Positions 16,966 through 27,062 of a DNA stretch of 64,000 bases are shown here, piece by piece. Position numbers and translations under genes: made by a program. Source of the DNA: Lysobacteraceae bacterium (lineage in GTDB: Bacteria > Pseudomonadota > Gammaproteobacteria > Xanthomonadales > Xanthomonadaceae); contig JBHYGK010000007.1 in assembly GCA_051859045.1 (NCBI GenBank), forward strand, positions 9,724-73,723, written 5' to 3'. Within the stretch, counting starts at the first letter, position 1; each line of letters starts with the position of its first letter. The notes below the pieces were generated by a model. It was not told where the DNA came from. It was given only the letters and a program-made list of their open reading frames with translations, and made no database searches.

Positions 16966-19716
16966 TCAGCCGGTGTTCTGCACGCCCGCGGCGATGCCGT
17001 TGATCGTGCTCACCAGCGCGTGGAAGCGCGCGTCCTCGGGCGAGCCGTCGGCGCGCCAGCGCGCCAGCAGCGCCACCTGCAGCAGGCTGATCGGGTCGAC
17101 GTAGGGATTGCGCAAGCGGATCGAGCGCTCGAGCCGGCGGTCGCCGGCGAGCAGGCGGTCGGCGCCCTTCAGCGCCAGCACCGCCGACAGGGTGCGCTCG
17201 AACTCGTCGCGGATGCGCGGGAAGAACACCGCGTGCGCATCGCCGGCCAGGTGCGAGTAATGCTCGAAGATCGCGATGTCGCTCTTGGCCAGCACCATCT
17301 CGAGGTCGTCGACCAGCGCGGCGAAGAACGGCCAGTCGCGCGCCATCTCGCGCATGGCCTCCAAGCCGTGGCGCTCGATGCCGATCGCCAGCGCGTGGCC
17401 CACGCCGTACCAGGCGGTGAGGCCGCAGCGGTTCTGGCTCCAGGCGAACACCCACGGGATCGCGCGCAGCCGGGCGATGCCGCCGCTGCCGCCGCGGCGC
17501 GAGGGGCGCGAGCCGATCCGCAGCCGCTCGATCACGTCGATCGGCGTGGCCAGCCGGAAGTACTCGGCGAAGCCGGGGTCCTCGTGCACCAGCGCGCGGT
17601 AGTGCGCCCGGGCCTCGGCGGCCAGCGCCTCGACGCAGGCCTTCCACGCGGCCTCGCGCGGCTCGGCCGGGCGCGGGCGCAGGGTGGCCTGCAGCACCGC
17701 GCCGGCGGCCTGCTCGAGGTTGCGCAGCGCGAGCGCGGGGATGCCGTACTTGCGGTGGATCACCTCGCCCTGCTCGGTCAGGCGCAGGTGCCCGTCGACG
17801 CTGCCGCGCGGCGCGGCGACGACCGCGCGCGAGGTGCTGCCGCCGCCGCGCGACACCGAGCCGCCGCGGCCGTGGAAGAACACCAGCCGCACCCCGAGCT
17901 CGCGCGCGAGCTGCAGCAGCGCCACCTGGGTGCGCTGCAGCGCCCAGCGCGCGGCCAGCAGGCCGCCGTCCTTGGCGCTGTCGGAGTAGCCCAGCATCAC
18001 CACCTGGACGTCGCCGCGGGTGGCGAGGTGGGCGCGGTAGACCGGATCGGCGCACAGCGCGCGCAGCGTGGCCGGCGCGGCGTGCAGGTCGTCGACGGTC
18101 TCGAACAGCGGGGCCACGTCGAGCGGGATGGCCTGGTCCGCGCCGCCGAGGCCGCCGATCCGCGCCAGCGCCAGCACCGCCAGCGCATCCGCCGCGCTGC
18201 GGCTCATGCTGACGATGTAGGGCCCGAACGCGGCGGCGCCGTGCGAGGCGCGCAGGCGATCGACGGTGCGGAACACCTCGACCACGCCGGCGGCCTCGGC
18301 CGCATCGGCGCGCGCGGCGCGCACGGCGCCGGTGGCCAGCGGCGCGAGCAGGGCGACGCGGTCCTCGACGCCGCGCGCGGCGAAGCCCGCGTCGTCGAGC
18401 AGCGCGGCCAGCGCGGCGTCGTGGGCGCTGGACTCCTGGCGCAGGTCGAGGGTGGCGAGGTGGAAGCCGAAGGTCTCGGCGCGCCGCAGCACGCGGCGCA
18501 GCGCGAGCCAGCCGGCGTGCTCGCCGCGGTGCGCGCGCAGCGAGGCCGCGATGGCCTCGAGGTCGCCGATGAACTCGGCCGGCGCGGCATACGCGCCCGC
18601 CTCGTCGCGGGCGGTGGCGGCCAGGCGCGCCTGCATCAGCGCCAGCAGCTGGCGGTAGGGCATGTCGCCCTGGCGCGGGGTCAGCCGCGCGGCGGCCTCG
18701 GGCATCGCGGCGGCGTAGGCGGCGATGCGCGCGGGGATCGCGTCGTCGACGCCGGCGCGCTCGGGCGACTGGGTCAGCACGCCGGCCAGCTGGGCGAGGT
18801 CGCGGCGGTAGGCCTCGAGCACCAGCCGCCGCTGCGCGGCCAGCGTGGCGGCGATGGTGTCGGCGCCCACGTTGGGGTTGCCGTCCATGTCGCCGCCCAC
18901 CCAGCTGCCGAAGCGCAGCAGCGGCGGCAGCGGCGGCAGCGGCTCGCCGTGCACCTCCTCCCAGGCGTCCTCGAGCAGCTCGTGGAAGATCGGCGCGACC
19001 TTGTACAGCACCTCGCCGAGGTACCAGCTGACGTGCTCGAGCTCGTCGGCGACGGTGGGCTTCTCCGGCGGCAGGTCGGCGGTCTGCCAGGCGGTGGTCA
19101 GCGCCAGGCGCACGCGCTCGAGGTCGACCCGGCGCTCGCGCGGCGTGCGGCCGCGGTCGATGTCGGCGACGAGCGCATGCACGATGTCGCGCTCCTTCTC
19201 GAGCAGCGCGCGGCGCACGGCCTCGGTGGGATGCGCGGTGAACACCGGCTCCACCAGCAGCCGCGACAGCAGCGCGGCGACGTCCCCGCGCGCCACGCCC
19301 TGCGCCTGCAGGCCCGCCAGCACCGCGTGCAGGCCGCCGGGCTGGGGCGTGGTGGCCGCCTTCTGGTAGTCGCGGCGGCGGCGGATGCGGTGCACGCGCT
19401 CGGCCAGGTTGACCGCGTTGAAGTAGCTCTCGAACGCGCGCACCAGCGCCTCGACGCGCGCGTCGGGCACCGCGGCCAGGGCCTCGGCGAGGGCGCCGGG
19501 GGCATTGCCGGCCTCGCGGCGGGCGATCGCGGCGCGGCGGATGCGCTCGACCTCGGCGAGGAAGGCCGGGCCTTCCTGCTCGGCGAGCATGCCGCCGACG
19601 AGGGCGCCGAGGCGGCGCACGTCGTCGCGCAGCAGGGCGTCGCTGGCGGGGAAATCGATCTCGCGCAGGCTGTCGTCGGCGGAGGCGGCGGGCGGCATCG
19701 GGGGCGTCGTCGTCAT
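16966..19716 (-). CDS. ppc: phosphoenolpyruvate carboxylase
   Basis: 916 aa with hallmark motifs VFTAHPTE, GYSDSAKDGG, FHGRGGSVSRGG and the invariant C-terminus ...GIAAGVQNTG. Confidence 0.95.
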   Translation of the reverse strand: MTTTPPMPPAASADDSLREIDFPASDALLRDDVRRLGALVGGMLAEQEGPAFLAEVERIRRAAIARREAGNAPGALAEALAAVPDARVEALVRAFESYFNAVNLAERVHRIRRRRDYQKAATTPQPGGLHAVLAGLQAQGVARGDVAALLSRLLVEPVFTAHPTEAVRRALLEKERDIVHALVADIDRGRTPRERRVDLERVRLALTTAWQTADLPPEKPTVADELEHVSWYLGEVLYKVAPIFHELLEDAWEEVHGEPLPPLPPLLRFGSWVGGDMDGNPNVGADTIAATLAAQRRLVLEAYRRDLAQLAGVLTQSPERAGVDDAIPARIAAYAAAMPEAAARLTPRQGDMPYRQLLALMQARLAATARDEAGAYAAPAEFIGDLEAIAASLRAHRGEHAGWLALRRVLRRAETFGFHLATLDLRQESSAHDAALAALLDDAGFAARGVEDRVALLAPLATGAVRAARADAAEAAGVVEVFRTVDRLRASHGAAAFGPYIVSMSRSAADALAVLALARIGGLGGADQAIPLDVAPLFETVDDLHAAPATLRALCADPVYRAHLATRGDVQVVMLGYSDSAKDGGLLAARWALQRTQVALLQLARELGVRLVFFHGRGGSVSRGGGSTSRAVVAAPRGSVDGHLRLTEQGEVIHRKYGIPALALRNLEQAAGAVLQATLRPRPAEPREAAWKACVEALAAEARAHYRALVHEDPGFAEYFRLATPIDVIERLRIGSRPSRRGGSGGIARLRAIPWVFAWSQNRCGLTAWYGVGHALAIGIERHGLEAMREMARDWPFFAALVDDLEMVLAKSDIAIFEHYSHLAGDAHAVFFPRIRDEFERTLSAVLALKGADRLLAGDRRLERSIRLRNPYVDPISLLQVALLARWRADGSPEDARFHALVSTINGIAAGVQNTG

Positions 19717-19807
19717 GCCCCAAGGCTACACCGGGCCGCGCGCGCGGCGCCCCGACCGCATACGTTTGCAGCGCCCGGTGGGGCGGCCGGGGCTCAGCGC
19801 GCGCCGC

Positions 19808-20536
19808 TCAGCCCGGCTTGCCGCAGCACTTCTTGTACTTGCGGCCGCTGCCGCAGCTGCAGGGATCGTTCGGGCCCGGCCGGGCCTCGCGCCGCAGCGG
19901 CACGCGCGGGGTCAGGCGCTCGATCCTGGCCACGAACAGCGCGTTGAGCACGAAGGGCAGCTCCTCGAGCTCGGCCAGGCGCTCGTCGTGGCGCATCGGG
20001 GTGGCGCGCGGCGCGGTGGCCGCCGCGGGGTCGGCCACGGCCTCGTCGCCGGCCAGCGCGGTGATGCGCTCCAGCGACTCGGCCACCAGCGCCGACTCGC
20101 CGGCCCAGGTCTCCCAGGGCTCCGCGCGCAGCGCCACGCCCTCGAGGAAGCCGCAGGCCCAGCCGCTGGCCAGCGGCGGGTCGTCGCGGCCGGGCTCGGC
20201 GCCGCCCTCGTCCATCGAGGCCATCGGCATCGGGCCCTGCGGGTCGTCGCCGGGGTAGCCGAAGCGCACCAGCAGGTCGCCCAGCAGCGCCTCGGCCAGG
20301 GCGACGGCCCCGGCGCGGTCCGTGGCGGACTCCCAGCGCGGCTCGGTCTTGCCCCACAGGTGGGCGAACCACTCCTCGGCCGGCGGCGGCTCGCGCTCGG
20401 GCACCAGCGCCAGCGCGCTGAGGAAGCCGTCGAGCACCTCGAGGTCCATGCCGCCGTGGGCGATCGCGCGCCGCTCCAGGAGGTCGCCGAGGCGTTCGAG
20501 CTCGGCCTCGGGCATGCGCTTGGGGGTGATGGGCAT
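19808..20536 (-). CDS. UPF0149 (YgfB-like) protein with C-terminal SEC-C zinc motif
   Basis: 242 aa. N-terminal region with [16 protein letters not shown], typical of UPF0149. C-terminal [19 protein letters not shown] metal-binding motif. Confidence 0.8.
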   Translation of the reverse strand: MPITPKRMPEAELERLGDLLERRAIAHGGMDLEVLDGFLSALALVPEREPPPAEEWFAHLWGKTEPRWESATDRAGAVALAEALLGDLLVRFGYPGDDPQGPMPMASMDEGGAEPGRDDPPLASGWACGFLEGVALRAEPWETWAGESALVAESLERITALAGDEAVADPAAATAPRATPMRHDERLAELEELPFVLNALFVARIERLTPRVPLRREARPGPNDPCSCGSGRKYKKCCGKPG

Positions 20537-20558
20537 CGGGGATCCGGGAGCGCGGGGC

Positions 20559-21923
20559 TCAGTAGGCGAAGTCGGTGAACACGGGGTCCACCGAGCCCTG
20601 CCAGGCGCCGTGGAAGAGCGCCAGTTTACGGTCCGCGGACGTCTCGCCGGCGATCGCCATCTCGATCAGCGGCTCCAGGAACACCGCCTCGTCGCCGCCG
20701 CAGGCGCTGGCCCGGGCGCGGCGCTTGAGGCCGGCCTCGGCGATCTTCAGGGCCTCCAGCGCCAGCTCGCGCATGCTCGCGCCGCGGAACGGCAGCGCCA
20801 GGGCGTGCCTCGGCACGCCGTCGCGCAGCGCGTGGCGCTCGGCCAGGGTGAAGTCGCGGACCAGGTCCCAGGCCGCGTCGAGGGCGGCGTCGTCGTACAG
20901 CAGGCCCACCCAGAACGCCGGCAGCGCGCACAGGCGGTTCCACGGGCCGGCGTCGGCGCCGCGCATCTCCAGGTACTTCTTCAGCCGCACCTCGGGGAAG
21001 GCCGTGGTCTGGTGGTCGGCCCAGTCCTTCTGGGTCGGGCGCTGGCCCGGCAGCTCGGCGAGCGCGCCGTCGAGGAAGCGCCGGAAGCTGCGGCCGCTGA
21101 GGTCGACGTAGCGGCCTTCGCGGTGCGCGAAGTACATCGGCACGTCGAGCAGGTAGTCGACGTAGCGCTCGAAGCCGAAGCCGTCCTCGAACACGAAGTC
21201 GAGCATGCCGGTGCGGTCGGGATCGGTGTCGGTCCAGATGTGCGAGCGGTAGGACTTGTAGCCGTTGGGCCGGCCCTCGGTGAACGGCGAGTCGGCGAAC
21301 AGCGCCGTGGCCACCGGCTGCAGCGCCAGCGACACGCGGAACTTCTTCACCATGTCGGCCTCGCTGGCGAAGTCGAGGTTGACCTGCACGGTGCAGGTGC
21401 GGGTCATCATGTCCAGGCCGAGCTGGCCGCGCTTGGGCATGTACTCGCGCATGATCTTGTAGCGGCCCTTGGGCATCCACGGCATGTCCGCGCGCGCCCA
21501 CTTGGGCTGGAAGCCCATGCCCAGGAAGCCCAGGCCCAGCGGCCCGGCCACGGCCTTCACCTCCGCGAGGTGGGCGTGGGTCTCGGCGCAGGTGGCGTGC
21601 AGGTCGGGCAGGATCGCGCCGCTGAGCTCGAGCTGGCCGGCGGGCTCCAGCGTCACCGAGGCGCCGCCCTTGGTCAGCGCGATCAGGTGCCCGCCCTCCT
21701 CGTAGCGGTCCCAGCCCAGCGCGGCCAGGCCCTCGAGCATCGCCTGGATGCCGCGCTCGCCCTCGTAGGTGGGCGGGCGCAGGTCGTCGAGGCGGAAGCC
21801 GAACTTCTCGTGCTCGGTGCCGATGCCCCAGCGCTCGCGCGGCTTGGCGCCGGAGGCGAGGGCCTCGATGAGTTCGTGCTTGCCTTCGATCGGTGCATCG
21901 GCGACGCGGCTGGGGCTGGACAC
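20559..21923 (-). CDS. gshA: glutamate--cysteine ligase (plant/proteobacterial type)
   Basis: GTG 21923 has GGAG 9 nt upstream. [33 protein letters not shown] and the full approx. 454-aa length fit the type-2 GCL found in Xanthomonads and plants. The track ORF extension upstream is Ala/Arg junk. Confidence 0.9.
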   Translation of the reverse strand: MSSPSRVADAPIEGKHELIEALASGAKPRERWGIGTEHEKFGFRLDDLRPPTYEGERGIQAMLEGLAALGWDRYEEGGHLIALTKGGASVTLEPAGQLELSGAILPDLHATCAETHAHLAEVKAVAGPLGLGFLGMGFQPKWARADMPWMPKGRYKIMREYMPKRGQLGLDMMTRTCTVQVNLDFASEADMVKKFRVSLALQPVATALFADSPFTEGRPNGYKSYRSHIWTDTDPDRTGMLDFVFEDGFGFERYVDYLLDVPMYFAHREGRYVDLSGRSFRRFLDGALAELPGQRPTQKDWADHQTTAFPEVRLKKYLEMRGADAGPWNRLCALPAFWVGLLYDDAALDAAWDLVRDFTLAERHALRDGVPRHALALPFRGASMRELALEALKIAEAGLKRRARASACGGDEAVFLEPLIEMAIAGETSADRKLALFHGAWQGSVDPVFTDFAY

Positions 21924-22017
21924 GAGGGGACACTCCGGAAGGCGATGCGAGGGGCGGGCTGCGCTGGATGGGGCGGATCGCCTACCCTCGCAAGGTGCCG
22001 AAGTGTAATCCGCCCGC

Positions 22018-23694
22018 GTGACGTCGCCCTTGATCCCCCTGCTGCTCGCCGCGGCGGGCGCCTTCGCCTGCGCCTCCCCCGGCGCGGCCCGCGCGGCCGC
22101 CGCGACGGGCCCCGCGGCCGACGTGCCCGCCCCGCCGGCCGCGGACGCCGGCACGCTGCGTCGCGGAAACGGACCCGAGCCGAGCACGCTCGACGCCCAT
22201 CGCTGCCCCGAGGTGGCCTGCCAGAACATCCTGCGCGACCTCTACGAGGGCCTGGTGGCCGAGGACGCCGCGGGCGCGATCGTCCCCGGCATGGCCGAGG
22301 CCTGGACCCGCAGCGACGACGGCCTGGCCTGGACCTTCCGGCTGCGCGAGGGCCTGGCCTGGTCGGACGGGCGCCCGCTGGACGCGCCGCAGTGGGTGGC
22401 CAGCCTGCGCCGCGCGCTGTCGCCGGCCACCGCCGGGCCGTTCGCCTCGCAGTTCGAGGCCATCGCCGGCGCGCGCGCGGTGCTGCGCGGCGAGGCCCCG
22501 CCCGAGGCGCTGGGCGTCGAGGCGCCGGACGCCCGCACGGTGGTGATCCGGCTCGAGCGCCCCGCGCCGCTGCTCGCGCTGCTGACCCTGCCCACCGCGT
22601 TCCCGGTCGACCTGGCCGGCGTCGCCGCGCATGGCGCGCAGCACACCCGGCCCGGCCGCCTGGCCTCCAACGGCGCCTACCGCCTCGCCGCGTGGCAGCC
22701 GCAGTCGCACCTCGAGCTCGAGCGCAACCCGGCCTTCCACGCGCCTCCGCCGATCGCCCGGGTGCGCTTCGTGGTCACCGAGGACGCCGCGGCGGAGCTG
22801 CTGCGCTACCAGGCCGGCGGCCTCGACATCACCGAGACCCTGCCGCCGCAGCCGCTGGCGCGGCTGCGCGCGCGCTTCGGCGACCAGCTCCGGGTCGCGC
22901 CCTACCTCGGCGCGTTCTGGCTGGGCTTCAACCTCGAGCGCCCGCCCTTCCGCGGCGGCGCGCACGGCACCCCGGAGGCAGGGCGCGCGCTGCGCGAGGC
23001 GCTGAGCCTGGCCGTGGACCGCGACATCCTGGTGCGCCACGTGACCGGCTTCGGCGAGCAGGCGGCGTACGGCGTCGTGCCGCCCGGCGCCAGCGGCCAC
23101 GCGCCGGCGCGCCTGCCCTGGGCCGACGCCCCCCGGGCCGAGCGCGAGGCCCGCGCCCGCGCGCTGTACGCCGCGGCCGGCTACGCGGCCGACGCGCCGC
23201 TGGAGATCGAGCTGCGCTACAACACCTCCACCCCGCACCGGCGGATGGCGCTGGCGGTGGCGTCGATGTGGCGCGAGGTGCTGGGCGTGCGGGTGCGGCT
23301 GCGCAACGAGGAGTGGAAGGTGTTCGTCCACCACCGCGGGCAGCGCGCCATCACCCAGGTCTTCCGCGGCGGCTGGATCGCCGACCTCGACGACGCCCGC
23401 GGCATCCTGCTGCCCTTCGCGGGCGACACCGCGCTGAACTGGACGGGCTTCCGCGACCCGGCCTTCGACGCCCTGCTCGACGAGGCCGCCGCAGCCACCG
23501 ATCCGGCCGCGGCGCGCGCCGCGCTGCACGCCGCCGAGGCCCGCCTGCTCGACGCCCACGCGGTGCTGCCGCTGTATTTCTACGCCTCCAAGCACCTGGT
23601 CTCGCCGCGCGTGCTGGGCTGGCGCGACCATCCGCTCGACCGCCACCCCAGCCGCTGGCTGCGCCTGGCCCACGCCGCGGAGCCCGCCCGATGA
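22018..23694 (+). CDS. ABC transporter substrate-binding protein, peptide/nickel (OppA/DppA/GsiB, family 5) type
   Basis: 558 aa with a signal peptide. Family-5 SBP style sequence (NGAYRLAAWQPQSHLELERNPAF, YNTSTPHRRMALAVASMWREVLGV, VLPLYFY). Confidence 0.85.
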   Translation: MTSPLIPLLLAAAGAFACASPGAARAAAATGPAADVPAPPAADAGTLRRGNGPEPSTLDAHRCPEVACQNILRDLYEGLVAEDAAGAIVPGMAEAWTRSDDGLAWTFRLREGLAWSDGRPLDAPQWVASLRRALSPATAGPFASQFEAIAGARAVLRGEAPPEALGVEAPDARTVVIRLERPAPLLALLTLPTAFPVDLAGVAAHGAQHTRPGRLASNGAYRLAAWQPQSHLELERNPAFHAPPPIARVRFVVTEDAAAELLRYQAGGLDITETLPPQPLARLRARFGDQLRVAPYLGAFWLGFNLERPPFRGGAHGTPEAGRALREALSLAVDRDILVRHVTGFGEQAAYGVVPPGASGHAPARLPWADAPRAEREARARALYAAAGYAADAPLEIELRYNTSTPHRRMALAVASMWREVLGVRVRLRNEEWKVFVHHRGQRAITQVFRGGWIADLDDARGILLPFAGDTALNWTGFRDPAFDALLDEAAAATDPAAARAALHAAEARLLDAHAVLPLYFYASKHLVSPRVLGWRDHPLDRHPSRWLRLAHAAEPAR

Positions 23695-24608
23695 CGCGCC
23701 TGGCCCTGCGCGCGCTCGAGGCGCTGTTCACGCTGTGGCTGCTGGCGACGCTGTGCTTCGTGCTGCTGCGCGCCGCGCCCGGCGGCCCGTTCGACGCCGA
23801 GAAGGCCGCCCCGCCCGAGGTGCAGGCCGCGCTCGACGCCGCCTACCACCTCGACCGGCCGCTGGTGGTCCAGTACGGGCTGTGGCTGGGCGACGTGGTG
23901 CGCGGCGACCTCGGGCCGTCCTTCCAGTACCCCGACTACACGGTGGCCCAGCTGATCCTCGAGGGCCTGCCGGTGTCGGCGGTGAACGGCGGGCTGGCCC
24001 TGCTGCTGGCGCTGGGCCTGGGCGTGCCGCTGGGCGTGCTGGCCGCGCTGCACGAGGGCCGCTGGCTCGACCGCGGGCTGATGCTCGGCGCGGGGATGGG
24101 CCTGGCGGTGCCGAAGTTCGTGGTCGCGCCGCTGCTGGTGCTGGTGTTCGCGGTCACGCTGCAGTGGCTTCCCGCGGGCGGCTGGGACGCGGGCTGGCGC
24201 AGCGCCGTGCTGCCGGTGGTGGCGCTGGCGCTGCCCAACCTCGCCTACGCCGCGCGGCTGGCCCGGGCCAGCCTGGTGGACGTGCTCGGCGAGGACTACA
24301 TCCGCGCCGCCCGCGGCCGCGGGCTGTCGCCGGCGCGGGTGCTGTTCGCCCACGCGCTGCGCCCTGGCCTGCTGCCGGTGGCGGCGTGGCTGGCGCCGGC
24401 GCTGATCAGCGTGATCACCGGCTCGGCCGTGGTCGAGCAGGTGTTCGGCCTGCCGGGGATGGGGCGCTACTTCGTGCAGGGCGCGCTCAACCGCGACTAC
24501 ACCCTGGTGCTGGGCGTGGTGCTGGTGGTCGGCGCGCTGATCGTGCTGGTGAACCTGGGCGTGGACGCGCTGCGCGCCCGGCTCGATCCGCGGCTGCGCG
24601 AGGGCTGA
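23691..24608 (+). CDS. ABC transporter permease (OppB/DppB/YejB type)
   Basis: ATGA overlap with the SBP gene. N-terminal FLLRAAPGGPF-type motif (CFVLLRAAPGGPFD), EAA loop region (EDYIRAARGRGLS), and C-terminal DPRLR. Confidence 0.9.
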   Translation: MTRLALRALEALFTLWLLATLCFVLLRAAPGGPFDAEKAAPPEVQAALDAAYHLDRPLVVQYGLWLGDVVRGDLGPSFQYPDYTVAQLILEGLPVSAVNGGLALLLALGLGVPLGVLAALHEGRWLDRGLMLGAGMGLAVPKFVVAPLLVLVFAVTLQWLPAGGWDAGWRSAVLPVVALALPNLAYAARLARASLVDVLGEDYIRAARGRGLSPARVLFAHALRPGLLPVAAWLAPALISVITGSAVVEQVFGLPGMGRYFVQGALNRDYTLVLGVVLVVGALIVLVNLGVDALRARLDPRLREG

Positions 24609-24618
24609 GCCCCCGGGC

Positions 24619-25254
24619 TCAGGCCCCGGCCTTGGGGGCGGTGTCCATCTCGAGCCAGCCGGCCACCTTGGCCCGGGCCTCGTCCACGCCGTCCTTGTGC
24701 AGGGCCGAGAACAGCTGCACCGAGGCGCGGTTCTCCAGCTGGCGCAGCACCTGCAGCACGGTCTGCTTGCCGGCGCCGCGCGAGACCTTGTCGCACTTGG
24801 TCAGCAGGCAGTGCGCGGGCAGCCCGCGGTCGAAGGCGTACTCGAGCATCTGCAGGTCGAACTCGCGCAGCGGATGGCGCACGTCCATCACCACCACCAG
24901 GCCCACCAGCGACTGCCGGGTCTGGAAGTAGTCGTTGATGAAGCTCTGCCAGTGCGCGCGCAGGTCGGCCGGCACCTTGGCGTAGCCGTAGCCCGGCAGG
25001 TCGACCAGGTGGCGCTGCGGGCGGTTGAGCGCGAAGTACACCAGCTGCTGGGTGCGGCCGGGGGTCTTGGAGGTGCGGGCCAGGCCGACCTCGTTGCACA
25101 GGGTGTTGAGCGCGGAGCTCTTGCCGGCGTTGGAGCGGCCGGCGAAGGCGACCTCGCGGCCGGCGTCGGCCGGCAGCTGCTTGGGCAGGTGGGCGGCCAG
25201 CAGGTAGCGGGCGCCGGCCAGGGGATTGGCGGCCATGCCAGGGGGGTCCTTCAC
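24619..25254 (-). CDS. engB: ribosome biogenesis GTP-binding protein YihA/YsxC
   Basis: G1 motif FAGRSNAGKSSALNTL, G3 DLPGYGYA, G4 TKCDK. Conserved engB-cytochrome c4-dsbA neighbourhood, as in pseudomonads. An alternative start is ATG 25236. Confidence 0.9.
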   Translation of the reverse strand: MKDPPGMAANPLAGARYLLAAHLPKQLPADAGREVAFAGRSNAGKSSALNTLCNEVGLARTSKTPGRTQQLVYFALNRPQRHLVDLPGYGYAKVPADLRAHWQSFINDYFQTRQSLVGLVVVMDVRHPLREFDLQMLEYAFDRGLPAHCLLTKCDKVSRGAGKQTVLQVLRQLENRASVQLFSALHKDGVDEARAKVAGWLEMDTAPKAGA

Positions 25255-25315
25255 CGGAAACGGGCCGCATGATCGCCCGCCCGGGGGCCCGAGGCCAGCG
25301 CCGGGGGCCCTTTCA

Positions 25316-25345
25316 TTGACCGCCCCCCCGCCGCGCGGGGATACT
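25316..25345 (+). promoter_or_regulatory. candidate sigma-70 promoter for the cytochrome c4 gene
   Basis: TTGACC (25316-25321) - N18 - GATACT (25340-25345), about 70 nt upstream of ATG 25413. Motif-only evidence. Confidence 0.3.
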
Positions 25346-25412
25346 TTCGCGGTTTCGCGCCCGTGGGATTCCCCCGGCGCCCGTCCGACATCCAGGTTCC
25401 CGGAGCCCGCCC

Positions 25413-26192
25413 ATGAAGTTCCCGCGCATCCTCGGCCTCGCCGGCCTTCTCCTCGCGGCGACCGCCTTCGCGCAGAGCGCCGACGAGACTGGCGCCGCCG
25501 ACGCCGCCGCCCCGGCCGCCACCGCCCAGGCCGTGCCCGAGGAGGCCGCCGCCGCCCCGACCCCGCTGCCCGAGGCCAATGCCCCGGTGGTGCCGGGCAA
25601 CGCCGAGGCCGGCGCCACCAAGGCCGGCGTCTGCGCCGCCTGCCACGGCGTCGACGGCAACTCCGCCGATCCGCAGTACCCGAAGCTGGCCGGCCAGCAC
25701 GAGCGCTACATCGCCCGCCACCTCGCCCTGTTCCAGAGCGGCGAGCGCGACAACGCGATCATGCTCGGCTTCGCCGCCGCCCTGACCGCGCAGGACATGC
25801 GCGACATCGGCGCCTACTACGCCTCCCAGACCGTGGTCGCCGGCCTCGCCGACGAGTCCGTGATCGCCGAGGGCCCGAACGCCGGCAAGAAGTTCTACGA
25901 GGTCGGCCAAGCCCTGTGGCGCGGCGGCGACGCCGATCGCGCGATCCCGGCCTGCATGGCCTGCCACGGCCCCTCCGGCCTCGGCAACCCTGGCCCGGCC
26001 TACCCGGCCGTCGGCGGCCAGCATGCGGCCTACACCGCCGCCCAGCTGCAGGCCTACCGCGCCGGCACCGTCTACGGCCGCGGCAACAACGCCAACGCCG
26101 TGATGGCCGGCGTCGCCGCCGGCCTGACCGACGAGGAGATCCAGGGCCTCGCGACCTTCATCGAAGGCCTGCACCCGGTCACCGACCGCTGA
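25413..26192 (+). CDS. diheme cytochrome c4
   Basis: Signal peptide, two CxxCH heme sites (CAACHG, CMACHG) and two Met axial-ligand regions (NAIMLGF, NAVMAGV). Confidence 0.9.
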   Translation: MKFPRILGLAGLLLAATAFAQSADETGAADAAAPAATAQAVPEEAAAAPTPLPEANAPVVPGNAEAGATKAGVCAACHGVDGNSADPQYPKLAGQHERYIARHLALFQSGERDNAIMLGFAAALTAQDMRDIGAYYASQTVVAGLADESVIAEGPNAGKKFYEVGQALWRGGDADRAIPACMACHGPSGLGNPGPAYPAVGGQHAAYTAAQLQAYRAGTVYGRGNNANAVMAGVAAGLTDEEIQGLATFIEGLHPVTDR

Positions 26193-26235
26193 TCGCGGCG
26201 GGCGGGGAACTCCCGCCCTCACGCGTGGTTCAGTC

Positions 26236-26270
26236 GGCCGGCCCAGGATCACGGGCCGGCCTTTCTTTTT
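26236..26270 (+). terminator. intrinsic terminator after the cytochrome c4 gene
   Basis: GGCCGGCCC-aggatcac-GGGCCGGCC (9-bp GC stem) followed by TTTCTTTTT. Confidence 0.7.
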
Positions 26271-26284
26271 CCAGGGACCCCACC

Positions 26285-26953
26285 ATGCTCAAGCGACTGC
26301 TCGCCTTCCTGCTCGTCCTCGCCCCGGTCGCCGCCTGCAGCGCGCAGACCGCGCCCGCCGCCGCCGGCGCCGGCCCCGTCGAGGGCGTCGACTACGCCCT
26401 GATCGCCAACCCGCAGCTCTACCAGGCCACGCCGGGCAAGATCGAGGTCGTCGAGGTGTTCGCCTTCACCTGCGGCCACTGCGGCAACGCCCACCCGATC
26501 GTCGAGCGCTGGAAGGCCACGCTGGCCTCCGACGTCAGCTTCCACTACGTCCCGGCCGCCTTCGGCGGCGCGCAGACCCCGTTCGCGCAGGCCTTCTACG
26601 CCGCGCAGTCGGCCGGCGTCCTGGAGGCCAACCACACCGCGCTGTTCCGCGCCGTGCTGGTGGAGCGCGCGATCCCGCCGAGCGCCCAGGCCGGCCCGCT
26701 GCTCGCGCGCTGGTTCGCCGCCCGCGGCGGCACCGACGAGGCGCGCTTCGCGTCCAGCATGAACTCCTTCGCCGTCAACGGCCGCGTGACCCGCAGCACC
26801 CAGCTGATGCAGGCCTGGGGCATCGAGGTCACCCCGACGTTCGTGGTCGCCGGCAAGTACCGCGTCACCAGCCGCGCCGGCATGACCCACGAGGACACCC
26901 TGCGCGTGGTCGACGCGCTGGTGGCCCGCGAGCGGGCGGCCGCCGGGCGTTGA
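26285..26953 (+). CDS. dsbA: thiol:disulfide interchange protein DsbA
   Basis: Signal/lipobox-like N-terminus, thioredoxin active site FTCGHCG, C-terminal VTPTFVVAGKY (cis-Pro loop context). The track ORF 25226..26953 is real only from ATG 26285. Confidence 0.85.
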   Translation: MLKRLLAFLLVLAPVAACSAQTAPAAAGAGPVEGVDYALIANPQLYQATPGKIEVVEVFAFTCGHCGNAHPIVERWKATLASDVSFHYVPAAFGGAQTPFAQAFYAAQSAGVLEANHTALFRAVLVERAIPPSAQAGPLLARWFAARGGTDEARFASSMNSFAVNGRVTRSTQLMQAWGIEVTPTFVVAGKYRVTSRAGMTHEDTLRVVDALVARERAAAGR

Positions 26954-27062
26954 GCCCCGTCGCCCACCGCCGCACCCCGACGGAGGCCGCGCGAGCGGCC
27001 TTCGTCGCATCCGGGCCCCGCGCGGCCGGCACGCCGGCCCCGGTTCACGGCACACTGCGCGC

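Noticed and set aside
25226-26953. 575-aa ORF spanning the cytochrome c4 region and dsbA.
   Set aside because: Only the part from ATG 26285 (signal peptide and CGHC thioredoxin fold) is coding. The upstream part overlaps cytochrome c4 in another frame and crosses its terminator.
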